A DNA stretch of 64,000 bases. Origin: Dudresnaya verticillata (taxonomy: Eukaryota). The position numbers and the translations under genes are program-made. The stretch lies in assembly GCA_977862235.1 (NCBI GenBank), contig OZ374559.1, forward strand, positions 1,736,001 to 1,800,000. Direction: 5' to 3'. Every line of letters begins with the position of its first letter. Position 1 is the stretch's first letter. The notes under the pieces are model-generated. The model ran no database searches, was not told the origin of the DNA, and was given only the letters and a program-made list of their open reading frames with translations. This document shows positions 12,211 through 24,500 of this stretch, in pieces.

Positions 12211-13496
12211 TCAATCGTTTTTCCATTCTGTCACAGTAGGCGTTAATCGCCGCCTACTTTCAAGTTTTGCTACGGATCTTAGTTCTCTTTAGCTCTTTCC
12301 GGGCTATTTCTTGTTTTAATGAATAAAGGCCCATGTCTCTTAATAATTCAGAATGTAGACTCTGTACGAGACAGGTACTAGTCAAAGTTTTGTTATGGTT
12401 TTCCTTTTCAGTTATGCTTCGACTGCCTCAACGAAGAGCTCTTGTATGTATGTGGGAAAATGTCCTTGATATCCACACGGGAACATTCTCAGCAAGTGTT
12501 TAACCTGACCATAAACAAGAAGTTCCAAAAAGGAATGGCGCCATAACTTCGTAAACCATATTTCAGCGTTGTCGCTGCCAATACGCTGCAACTATTTGGT
12601 TTCAATACCACTTCAGTTTTCCGTACCGTCGAGTTGCTTCACAAGTACATAGTTGTATTAGGCATAAATATCCGTTAATGGGCGCAATGTTTTCCTCCTC
12701 TTAGAAGTCGATGGGCACTGTTTTCGGTTGCCCTCGCTCCCCTGCAACCGGGAACGAAGCCTGCTTCTTAGCAGATCAAGCTGGATTGTCCTTCCAGCCT
12801 TTCGCGATCTGGTTGTTGTGACCTTCTCAGAGATAGAAGCGGCGGAACCTTTTACCGGTCCACTTGCCAACTATTTTGGGCCTGTCGTGGCATTTTGTGC
12901 TATCAGGCTCCACGAAAACAGTGACACGTGGACCCAAACATCTTGGAAGGTCTCCGCGGTGTAACACAAAAATGTGAGGTTCGCTGTAACTGGCATGAGA
13001 TTCAGTAGCCCTCAAGCCACGTTGTTGAGGGAGAATATCTTGATGAGCGGTTGAATCGACAGCGGACCGAGAGTCAAGCTTTAACGTAGGTACTGTGACG
13101 ACGTGTTGTTGTCATGAGAAGATACGATATATCTCGATATAAGCATACATATTGATATATCGACGCATCACAAATATGCATCCTGTTCGAACTGTACTAC
13201 GTGATTACCTTTCGTATAAAGTTAGTCACTAAAGTATTGTCGCTAAATGTATAACGTCGACCAGAGTGAGCTTCGTTGCAGGTAAACCGGAAGCTGTTTT
13301 AGTACGTCTTTGGGATTTAGAGCTGAACTTTCACGACGTGGGCACGCGTCCTCCCGGAAACAATCCCCTAACCAGGATCGAGCACCAGCCCTCCGTTGAG
13401 GAAGCTACCGCAGCTTCGAATATATGCGCCCCGACGTGCAATAGTGCAAACTAGGGTGGGCGGGCTGGGAAACGCAGACGAGAAAACTAAATGTGA

Positions 13497-15075
13497 TGTA
13501 GCGAGTTTCGGAGTCGCAGCGTCGCGTCAGGAAAAAGAGCTCGAGCCTCCCGCTCGGAGACTCGAACCTGCGACCTTTCACCCTGTGCTGGGCTACTCCA
13601 ACGGCTCACAGACGACTAGACCAGATAGGTTCTAGTACGCTCTCTCCTTCGCTCGCAAAGCGGAAGGATGCGCTTATAGCGCAGGGCGTTACATGTGACG
13701 CTGGAGCACTGCCCGCACAGTAGCTTTATGCTCCAGTGTGGCATATGCGCGCTCTACGAAATGAGAGGTATTCTCATGGTCGAGATTTCGGTCAAAGCCA
13801 TTTGCTGCTCCGGCCTCCTCAAATGAAAACTCGGTTTCATATTAGGATGAACAGTGGGAAAACGTAATCAAGATACAGTATGCTGTCGGCACACAAGCGC
13901 CTGCTAATGAGTCATTAGTCACTTCCATCCATCAAGGCTTGCAGTAATTAGAGAGCCTGCGGGCCCCGCTGCTCGGCGCGCCGCTGGAGGGCAATGCTCT
14001 CGCCGCCGCCCACAGCAGCCGGTTCCAATCTGTAGAGTAGCAGATAAAGGCGCACGGTGTCGGTCACCGCGGAGTGAAGCGGTAACGAACAGGTACCCCC
14101 GTTGCAGCGCCGTCCACCTTCGCCAAGCCGCGGCGCGGCGCACGCGCACACTGTACGGCCAGATCCCGACGCATCATCCCGATCGGCCAGGCGCAAGGCG
14201 CACGCCTGTAAACTTGGCCCGGATCCGGATCGGATCCAGATGGGACATCGGGATCCGGCATCGGGATCCACAGTGATGTAAGGGGCGCGCCTGTAATGGC
14301 CGCGCGCCAGCAATGCTGGCGGGGATCTGGATCCGAATCCGGATCTCCCGCACTGTTACACGCATGCGCCTGTAAGTCACCCATTACTCGCACGCACGCC
14401 TGTAGGCTACTCCTGATCTCCCGCGCACGTGGCTGCATGGCGACGACGACGTGTCAGACACTCGACGGCGCGACACGCGTCCTGCGTTCCCGGGCACCGC
14501 ACCCGCCGCCGTCGCTCACGTAGTATATTACGTAATCCGTCTGAGACGCTGAGTAAACCCCGGACAAGCCGCCCTTGGTCCAGACGTCCCCGTTCCGCAC
14601 GCGCGTACCCTACCGCTGCCTACGGCTCAAGCGTCTACCTCCCGTGCTTCCACGTCTATCACCGTCCTTGACGTGTTTCCTTTCTGTTCCCTTTTTACTT
14701 CCTTTCCGCCTCGGGCGTCTACAGTCCGCCCAAGGCGTGTCCTCTGCTCTACCACAAGTCGTCCAAGGCGAGGCTACTCACCGCTACGGGCGCAGCTACC
14801 CACCGAGCCCCGAACTGCTCGGCGGTATACCGTCCTCCGACGTTTGCACTACATCTGGTCTCCCGACCTAAAATTGTGCTACGTTTCAACGAGTTACTCC
14901 GTCGTGCGACGTCCTACTTTCCGTCTTCAGACGTTCGTCGATAATCGTGCACGACGTTCAGGCAACTCTACGGCTGCATCATGGCCTCACGACCGCCGCC
15001 GTCGCGAGGCCCAAGTTCAAGAAGACCGTCTTCGACGCCTGGGAGAGTACCCGCGTCAGAACGGTCGCTACAGCT
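13497..15075 (+). mobile_element. Truncated LTR retrotransposon: 1357-bp 5' LTR (13497-14853), PBS and short internal stub
   Basis: Begins TGTAG exactly where similarity to copy B stops; CTACA ends at 14853, followed by TGGTCTCCCGACCTA (14856), the same PBS as the gypsy at 17365. Confidence 0.75.
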
Positions 15076-15077
15076 AT

Positions 15078-15645
15078 AACACCTTACGCGATGTTCTGGC
15101 CAACGAATTCCCCCAGTTGGGCTTGCGCCCGATATATGTTGAGTACTCTTTTCTCGCTGAACGTCATCTGCTTCCTAGTTCTCACCGCCGTATGGACGTG
15201 GTGGTTCCTAGTTTTGCCTTTAACCCCCGCCCTCAGGCCTTTGATGTTACATTGGCCGCCCCGTTTGCTGCAAATTACTGCACTGCCGCCTCTCACTTGG
15301 GTGGAGCTGCAGCAACGCTCACTGAACGCTCCGAACGAGCACATTACCAAGATCTCCTAGACAGCGAGGGGATGGATTTCTACGCTGTAGGTATTGACTC
15401 GTATGGCGCTATTGGTGCTGAGGCTCGTCAGGCGTTACCTGCCATTGGTCGCTTTACGTCCCAACAGCGAGGGAGTAACCCTTCGGACGAAACGCAAGCA
15501 CTCACCATTCGCATTATCTCTCACCTTCTCCGTTTTCAAGAGGCTGGCAATCAATCGCCGTCGTCTTGCTCTTCAGGTAGGTCCTTGAGTAGACCGGGCA
15601 ACCTAGTGCCCTTCGAACCCTACCATAAAGTTCCCCATCTCTCTC
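15078..15645 (+). pseudogene. CRE/RLE-type LINE 3' fragment, inverted paralog of 8260-8822
   Basis: NTLRDVLANEF...RRMDVVVP..PRPQAFDVT...GIDSYGAIG plus the shared 3' UTR ccctaccataaag.tccccatctctct. Confidence 0.9.
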
Positions 15646-15659
15646 ATGTGAGAATATAG

Positions 15660-16110
15660 TATTGTGAGGCAACTTGCCGAGTAGGCACTAGGCGACAGTT
15701 AACGATCTTACGCTGGTTAACAGCCAGTGCAAGCCATTTTAAACCAACGAAGTGAGAAGAATAAGCAGGGATGGTTTCTGAGCAGCAGGGGAGGCTCCTT
15801 CAGCAATTACAGCTGCCTTGGACTCAGCGCTGGCAGTAGAGGGAGCAACAATAGTAAGGTCATAACCAATGCATGAAACAGAAAGGGAAGGATCATCCAA
15901 CACCAAGTCCAATCGTCGAAGATCGTCCTGGAAACGAAAAGTCTGCTCTCTCGTTACAGAAAGCTCGATAGACGGGTGACGGAAATGAGAAAAATGGAGA
16001 TCTTGAATAGTATTGTGACGACGAGTTGACCCTTGGGCACAGGGACATTTCGAAGCATGATACCTCAAACGGGTAGTGACTGTCCTTCTTCAGTAAGAAG
16101 CGCTCGCCGT
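15660..16110 (-). pseudogene. CRE/RLE-type LINE 3' fragment with internal deletion
   Basis: ORF 15739-16068 reads YHASKCPCAQGSTRRHN...DDLRRLDLVLDDP...IGYDLTI, close to the ORF2 C-terminus at 60520-60760. Confidence 0.85.
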
Positions 16111-16543
16111 TAACCAGCGTAAGCTTCTTGACCGCCGAGTTATAAATACTACCTGTTAAGCCAAGGGGCTTCTTGTGAATCTTCCAAGTAATGGAAGGCT
16201 GCTGCTAGTCAGTGTAGCTGGTATCGCGTTTCCATGTTAAACGGAGCAAGTTTTCTCGTGTCGCCCTAGATAGTGCGGTTTGATGTTCTGCTTATGGCGA
16301 AACAGAATAGAATGAAACCTGAGAAGTGTTGGACACGAGCGCCAAACAATATGGTTTGCTTTAATTGCTTTCAGGAAAATAAGTACAGCTGCACCAAGAA
16401 AGTGCTGCAAACATGTGCTTTGTATGTGTTCACAACACACTGCTTCGCACGATCTGCAAAACGCTTGCAGAGTGTTGGAGTACAGCCAGAACATGAGGCA
16501 TACTCGCAGGGTACAACAGTTGACAGCCTTGCACACAAGCCGG

Positions 16544-17363
16544 TGTAGCAGTATGGACGCTGTCAGCAGGAGGGCTTACAGAAGCGCACTTCTTTTCGCG
16601 GGACAGACTGTCCCTTAATCAGGACAGCTGTCCTTTCATCGCTGTACACGTGGATGACACGTGGTATACACGTGTGTACACGTGGACTTATAGGTGTACA
16701 CGTGGACTTACAGCTGTACACGTGGCATACACGTGGCCTGGTAATGACGCCAGTTGGACGCCTCGTATTGGCTGATTTATGACGCGCCGCTGCGCTCCTA
16801 CTCACGGACGAGGAGCACCTCTACACTCAGGGTATCGACAATGCAGCCGCGACCTCGGCGTGAGCACTGGCGCATCCGCCGCCAAGTCCCCTAACTGGAA
16901 TGCATTCCCACTTTTGACTTGTAATGACATTACTAACCCTTGTATCTATAATCGTAGACTATCTTAGACCCCCTTTCGGGCTGATAGACTTTTCGGCTGT
17001 CAAGCCCTACTTATGGGCGCCGGAATAGCCGCGCCCTCAGAATAAACACTCAGCGGAGTTGTTCGGGAAGTTTCCACCTTTTGGTCGCTCGGACGCTCGG
17101 CGCCTGCAGGGGTCGCCCAGTACAGGCCCGGACATCGTACGACAAGTACTCTACGAAACACCGGGTCGCAACCTCTATACTTTCCTTCAGTCGGTCGCGC
17201 CGAGTCTTTACCGTGCTTCCGCACCCCCCCTTTCGGGTCATCAGGCCCCGCCTTTTCCAAGCCTCTACCAATCCTCCCTCGAGCTACCACCAATTAGCGT
17301 GTGACGACGGACAGCTGTCTTTTCTTGTTCTTTGCTGTTTCTGGCCGCTGCCATACTGCTACA
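16544..17363 (+). repeat. 5' LTR
   Basis: TGTAGCAGTATGG...CCATACTGCTACA (13-bp terminal inverted repeat); recurs at +12070. Confidence 0.97.
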
Positions 17364-17364
17364 G

Positions 17365-17382
17365 TGGTCTCCCGACCTAGAA
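17365..17382 (+). promoter_or_regulatory. Primer binding site, probably tRNA-Tyr
   Basis: TGGTCTCCCGACCTAGAA(TCG) 1 nt after the LTR; the complement ends ...TCGGGAG-A-CCA (G72, A73). Confidence 0.75.
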
Positions 17383-17884
17383 TCGTTTCCTAGGTCGGTT
17401 CCCTTCCATTGTTACTACAATCTTTTCTAAGTTTCTGGTTTCAACCAAGGGACGATTTCCCAAGAAGCGTCACGTTCAAGACGGAAAAACAAGAGAAGTA
17501 CGGATTGCCCGGTGAAAGCCTGGGGAAAACTGTCCCCCGCCCTCATCGGCACTTCCGAAAGCTACGGCTCGTTCAGCTGTCCGTCCGGAACGGTATACTC
17601 CCACGGGCAGCTATCAAGCCGATAACGGGCGAGTAAGTGTACTCAGGCGCCATGCCTACATCAAATGGCGAAACCACGCGACCTGGCCTCACCGGCCGTC
17701 GCACCACCAGCCGAACGGCGAGCTTGTCTTCCGTCCGACTGACCGGGGTGACCACCCGTGCAAGTACGGCAGCTACCGCTTTAGTTCGCAGCCCCTCAGC
17801 GGGTACCCTGGGCGTCCTCCCCGTGACCAAGCGGGAAGCGTCCCTGAAGAAAAGGAGTTATCGGCTCGGATAGCTCAAGAAGAA

Positions 17885-20449
17885 TTGCTCGGCTCTGGCG
17901 GAGACCGGGCCTTGAACGAAGAAGAACGGGTTGCAACCCTTACACCTCGAGTAGGAGCGAGTACGAAGGTCTCGAGTGAAAGTATGGATCGCAATCCCAG
18001 AACGCGTGAGTCTACGGGCATGTTCCCACCTTCGGTAAACACCCGTGGGTTCACCCCGACCGAGTCAAGCCTTCCCCCGGACATTGGGATGCCTATCCGG
18101 GCGACGGCCAATTCTTCCGCCGAACGGTGCTTCACTGAACGAGAAATCGGAAGGATGATCCAAGATGGAATAGAACGGACAGTCGGTCCCGAGCTGGCAG
18201 CAGCTTTAGAAGTCCAGGTGGACGAGTCACTCTCGAGAATCAAACGATATATCGATGAGTCGGCTGTTCGCCAGAATGAAGAAGTGCTGACCAGATGTCA
18301 AGAGGAGATAACGTCCCGACTTCGTCTTGGAAACCCCGGCATCCCGCAAGAAGAAGGACTCGCGACGCTTCGCGTTCGAGTTAATTCGCTGGTCGAGCGT
18401 GTCGAGGAAGTCCACGACACTATGGGAACGCTTTCCCGAGAAGTAGACCAGTCGAGGAACGACGCCCTTGGGGCAATAGCAGGCGTTGATCATAACGCAG
18501 ACGGCGCGCGGTGCGCCGAACAGAATGAAGCCATCGAGCTCCTCCGTAAGGAACTCGATGAAGAAAGGCGAAGAGTCGCGACTTTGGATGCTCGCGTCAG
18601 GCGACTGATGCGTGAACGGGATGAATCCCCTGAAATCCAGAGACGTCGGTCTCCTGTTCCGCGAGGGACACGCGACCGATGCCGACCTTCACCACACCGG
18701 GATGGAAGAAGGGGTGACGACCCGTACCATCGCGAGGAGAGGTATCCTCCTAGACAGCCGGAGTCGCACAGTCAGTGCCTCTGCAGTACCAGACATGGCG
18801 ATAACCCATGTATGGGACGAAGTCGAAGTGGATACCGGGACGGCTCCCCGTCACGAGATTATCGGTCGCGACCCGTAACGCCGCAGGACCGACAAAGGGA
18901 CAGCCAGCAACGGCAGTCCTCACATCGTGACGCCGAGCCGGAGGGTGCATACGGAGCGGACTCCCGAAGCCGTGCAAGGTCCTCTTGGATAGGACCACGC
19001 CGGTCAGGCCTAAAGGAGCTGGTACCACGGAACCCAGCGTTCGCTAACGTTCTTTCGTATCGACGATACCGGTTGTTAAACCTTGACCCGTATCGGGGAC
19101 CCGAGGTAACGGAATCGACGTCCCGAAAGATTAAGCGGATCAAGTCTGTGATGTGTAGGCGACGCTTCGATGGTAGTGACCCGGTATCGATAATCGGCTT
19201 CCTAGCCACGCTGAAGCGTCAATTAGACCAAGCGCACGTCAGCGAGGGAGCCGCAATCCTGGTGATACCGGAGTTTCTCGAGAAGGACGCCAAAGATCTC
19301 TTCGAGGCGAACTTCGACGTCGCGGGCGACGATAATGGGGGATTCGCCGAATGGCCGGAGGCAGTGAACTACTTACTGCGAAGCTTCGCGAAGGACGTGT
19401 ACATCGAACGCATAGCTGCCGAGATGGACCGCATGTCCCAGGAGCCCGACGAGGATGAGGTATCATTCTCAAGGAGGCTCCAGAATAACGCGCGAAGAGT
19501 CGCCGGAGTATACTCGGAGCAGGACCTCATCACACGGTTCATCCGAGGGTTGCTACCCGCTGTCAAGCCATTGCTGAGTACCACCTCCCTGGACCCGGCA
19601 ACGGCCCGACTTGCGGATTACGTGGAGCTAGCCACCGCCCAAGGTGATTCCCACCGCGCGCTCGTCGGAGCCAGTCGAAGGAAGGAGAAGTCCTCCGGGC
19701 TGCTGCCCCGTAAGAAGTTGACGACGCGCGCCGTCCCTGGCAAGTCGAGCAGAACTCTGCTGGTTCGACAAGGACAACCGGTCGCTCGGGAAACATCCCA
19801 CTCCTATTCGGATAATGACTCTTCGAGTAGTGACTCAGATGCCAACGGGCAGGCAGTTGCCGCAGTCGAACGCGACGCGGGGCCTTCCTCGGTGTCACCG
19901 ACTGATACATGGTCCGGAGAGCCTAGTGAGGGCAGAAGCCGTTATGAAGCAGTTCAAGCGGTTATGTCTAACCAAAATCCAAGGCTCCCCGCATGGGCAC
20001 AACCATCCAAGGCACAGCGCCCAGGATGGATAACAGTCGATGATCTCCCGAACGATATTTGCTTTGAATGCTTTGGCATGGGCCACAAGAAGCCCAACTG
20101 CCCTCATTTAGGTCGTACGGACGATTTGGAACTTGCCACGCTGATGCGTCAGAATTTCTATGCGCTGTCGCGGCAACAAAAAGACTGGCTCGCCGTCGTA
20201 GGCCGTCTCCCGAATTTCGCCAAGTAGTCTCCTCCTCCAACCTGGACAGGGCCAGACAACGCCGGAAGGCCGGGAAATCAGTTCCATCAAAATCGCCACG
20301 TGAATTTCAAGGCGGGATTGAACCACCCGATCGACAGGCCGCGGCCTCGCTCTCCCAGATCACCTCGCATGGGCGGACGCCCCTTTCCTCCACCACCCCC
20401 TTTACCACAATCCCCGGCTAGCAAGCCCGGCTCACAGCCGAAAAACTAG
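17885..20449 (+). CDS. gag: Gag with coiled coil, capsid-like region and CCHC knuckle; in-frame TAG at 20225-20227
   Basis: CFECFGMGHKKPNC knuckle; the frame reopens after the TAG and runs to AAA AAC TAG at 20441-20449. Start codon uncertain. Confidence 0.85.
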
Positions 20450-21519
20450 CTAGGGGGGACTGCGGTTCCACCCCGGAGGCCCCCGATCATCCGAAAACTG
20501 AGGGTAGCAACCCGCTTGGCGTGTTGCCAACTCCCGGTTCATCGGAACGGTCGGATGTCGAGACAACTCTCGTTCTACCAAAGCAGGTATTAGCTCGCCC
20601 GATGGGCCTCCCTCCAGGGCGTACGTTCAAAGAGTATCGTAAGAATCCCGTTTGCTCGCTGTCACGCTACAATTATAAAGTGGCTGCGGCCGTCGGGATT
20701 TCCAATGAAACACTCACTCGCGTATTGTCCGTACTGGATTCCGGAGCAGGTCCCAACCTCATCAGAGCTGATGTCCTGTCGAAGGCAGAATTGAAGAAGG
20801 TGTCGACTTCACGACCAATCTGTAATCTAGTGTCGGCCAGCCGGCACAAACTAACTACCCTTGGAAGTATCTCTCTCCTCGTCCGGATTGTAAATTACAC
20901 GGTACGTCAACCATTTGTTGTTGCACACGCGCTAGCGGTCGACATGATTCTCGGATGTACCTTTATCGATAATCACGTCGACACGCTGCGCGTGCGCAAC
21001 CAAACGGTGATACTCCGTGACGGGTCGGAACACCCCATTCTAAGACGCCAATGTGGTCCACTACGTCCCGAAAGACCAACCGAAACTACGGAGATACCTC
21101 CTCGACCCGTGAAGCGGCATATCCGCGTCGCTCACGCTATTCTACTACCTCCGGAATCGGAAACCTGGGTTGCGGTTACATGCCCAGCACGGGGTACACA
21201 CTTTATGGATACATTCCAACCTTTATACAAGACACAAGGAGTCGTCCTGTCCAACGGCATCGCCGAGATCGCACCGAACCGCCTGTTCCATGTCAAGGTA
21301 GCGAATTTTTCGCGAAAGCCCCAACAGCTCACGAAACGCCAACGCCTTGGCCGCGCGATACCCGCGCCCTCTAGCACGCCGGTGTACGCTTTGTCCTTTG
21401 GGAACGCCCCGTCTCTCGCGCCCGACACGGCCTCGCATTTCGAGTCATTATCCAATGTGGGGGGGGGCAGGGCTTGCTGCTGCGATACAACATTCGTCAA
21501 CGACGCCCGGCGTGACTGA
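20441..21519 (+). CDS. pol: Retropepsin-type aspartic protease, N-terminal part of Pol
   Basis: VLDSGAGPNLI and ILGCTFI motifs; -1 frame relative to gag and open from the slippery site. Confidence 0.85.
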
Positions 21520-24500
21520 AGCTGTGAAAGCGATAACAATCGACGATTTGGACTTAACACACCTACAGGTCGAGGATCAAAAGAGCGTTCGCAAGATGCT
21601 TAAGCCATTCGCCCCTATGTGGAGTGGTCAACTCGGAACTATTAAGGTAACGGAACACCGTATAGAACTCAAGGAAGGGTCGACACCCGTGTTTACCCAA
21701 CCGTACCGCGCTGATCCAAAGGCCAGACAGGCAGAACAAGAGGAAGTGGAGAAGATGCTCCGTGAAGGCGTTATAGAGCCCGCCCGTTCGGAGTACGCAA
21801 GCCCCGTGGTCTTAGTCAAAAAGCCCGACGGCTCGTTACGATTTTGCGTGGACTACCGCAGGCTGAACGCCATCATCATTAAGGATTCCTATCCACTTCC
21901 ACGAATGGACGAATGTCTCGATTCCTTGTGCGACGCCCAGCTGTTTACGACTCTGGATTGTAATTCAGGATATTGGCAGATCCCAGTATGTCCACAGGAC
22001 CAACACAAGACTGCGTTCACATGTCATGCGGGATGCTTCCAGTTTAAGCGAATGCCATTCGGGCTGTGTAACGCCCCCGCGACGTTTCAGCGTACAGTCG
22101 ATATCCTGCTCTCAGGCTTCAGGTGGAAAACCTGTTTGGTCTACCTAGACGATATAATTATCTTCTCGAAGAACGTCGACGAACACCTTACCCACGTAAG
22201 GGAGATACTCACTATCCTGAAAGATGCTGGCGTCTCGCTGAAACTGCGGAAGTGTAACTTCTTTACTAAGAGTGTCGACTATCTCGGACATGTAATTCGC
22301 CCCGGTCTTCTAGAGGTTGCGACCAAGAACACTCAAGCAATAGAGGGGTTTACAGAACCACGAACGCAGACGCAACTGAGATCCTTCCTGGGATTATGTA
22401 ATGTCTACCGACGGTTCGTCCCGAATTTCGCGCGAGTCGCCGCACCTCTCAATGCCTTTCTACAGAAGGATGTGGAGTTTGATCTACCGCCCTTCGGCAA
22501 AAAGGAAACGGAAGCTTTCGAGCTGTTGAAACGCGCGCTGATCGCCCCACCTATCCTACAACTACCAAAGCTGGGAAGTAATCTCTCGGTCGACACCGAT
22601 GCTTGCGAATATCAAGTAGGTTGTGCACTCATGCAGATGAACGATAAGGGGGAAAGACATCCCATTGGTTTCTGGAGTCGACGGCTGACGCCCGCTGAGA
22701 AGAACTACTCCGTCGGAGAGAAGGAATGCCTCGCCGTCGTATGGGCCATGCAGATATTACGCCCATACTTGGAGCGAACACATTTCGATTTATACACGGA
22801 TCACCAAGCACTGAAGTGGATTATGAGTATGACCGACGCATCGGGACGCCTAGCGAGGTGGCGCTTACGCTTACTCGAGTACGACTTTACAGTCCAATAC
22901 AAGAAGGGTAAGAAGAACCAAATAGCAGACGCTGTCTCACGCCTTCCTACGTTTGGCTATACGAGCCGTGAACCGGACCTGGACATCCCTTGCTATATCA
23001 TCGAGGATGACACCTCTGCGAAAAATACTCCCCCCTCATGGGTTAATAGTCCAATCGAGGCGTGGGAGATCGAACCCTTCGACGAGCCTGCGTCTGCAGA
23101 CGAACTCTTAGTGGCGACCGCCGAGAAGGATGTGGATGAGATATCTCTGTCGCTCTTGACTATTGAGGAGCTCCTCCGGGAACAGAAAAGAGATCCCTTC
23201 TGCCTGCGGATTAGAGCTGGAATCGAGGGTGATAGGCCCGGCTGTTATTTCGAAGATGAGTTGGGACTGCTTGTCCGAAAAGCACCTATTGATGGCGCAC
23301 GGCAAGTGCTCATTCCCAAAACGCTACATGAGCGAGTATTGCATCTCGCTCATTACCCCGTAATGGCTGGACATCCCGGCGGCACGCGCATGTATCAGAA
23401 TCTGCGACGTCAAGTATATTGGTCAGACATGGCATTAGCGGTTTATGCAACTGTACGCAACTGCGTGGCCTGTTCCAGGGAAAGAGTACAACTCCGGAAG
23501 CACACTTCGTTTATGAAGTTGTTCCCGGCAACCATGCCCCTCGAATTCGTCGGCATTGACATATTGGGCCCGCTTCCCCGTTCAGGCAAAGGTAATGAAT
23601 ACCTCCTTGTTATTACGGATCGCTTCTCTAAGCTTACCAGGGCGGTCCCGTTGAAGACCATTACGGCCTATACAGTGGCGAAAGCCTTTTGTGACCATTG
23701 GGTCTACGTGTATGGACCACCACGATATCTCCTCTCGGACAACGGTTCCCAATTTGCATCGAAGTTCTTTATGGAAGTGTGTAGCATTCTGCGGATCCGC
23801 AATCTATTTACGTCAACGTACCACCCCCAGTCGAACGGGCAAACTGAACGCTTCAACCGCACTCTTCTGGCTGGATTTCGTCACTTCATCGCTGAGGATC
23901 AGACCGATTGGGATGAGTTTACCCCCGCGTTGACATACGCCTATAACACCACTGTCCACAAGGCAACTGGGTTCGCCCCTGTAGATCTCGTTCTGTCGAA
24001 CCCTCCTACCTCCCTCCTAATGGAGCGCGCCGAGACGGTCGATGTGGAAAACGTGCCTGCCACGAATGTCAAGAAGCGGCTAACTCGCCGGCTCGAGAAG
24101 CTAGTGGAGACGGCACTCCCTCGCTTACGCTTGGCGCAGAAACGCTATGAAGTCAACTTCAATAATAGAATGCGTCCCGCTAATGAGAAGATACGACCCG
24201 GACAGTTGGTGTTTGTCCAGCGAGAGACAAAGCTCAAAGACGCTGACGGCGTGGCACGCGAAGGCAAACTGCTGCCAAAGGCATTGGGCCCATACAAGGT
24301 CGTTGAGCGGAGTACTCATGTGGTCGTGATAGACGTGAAAGGTGAACGCGAGACAATCTCGTTAGATCGCGTAACGCTGGCGCCCACGCCGCATGAGTCG
24401 TTCGACGCCCAAGGGGAAACTCCAACAATCGTCGCGCCGCCTGCGCCCGGATCTACCTTGGCCAGTCGTGGCGTCGAGCCTCCTCTCCCTCCAATCGAGC

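Larger units (their letters stand above)
1..13496 (+). repeat. Segmental duplication, copy A (may extend left of the window)
   Basis: Position 1 matches 15988 onward; ORFs 4864-13015 recur identically at +37915; similarity ends at ...actaaatgtga (13496) vs ...actaagcgtga (51411). Confidence 0.95.

Noticed and set aside
14673..15659. 328-aa ORF as one gene
   Set aside because: Chance fusion of LTR, PBS and leader sequence with a LINE endonuclease fragment.
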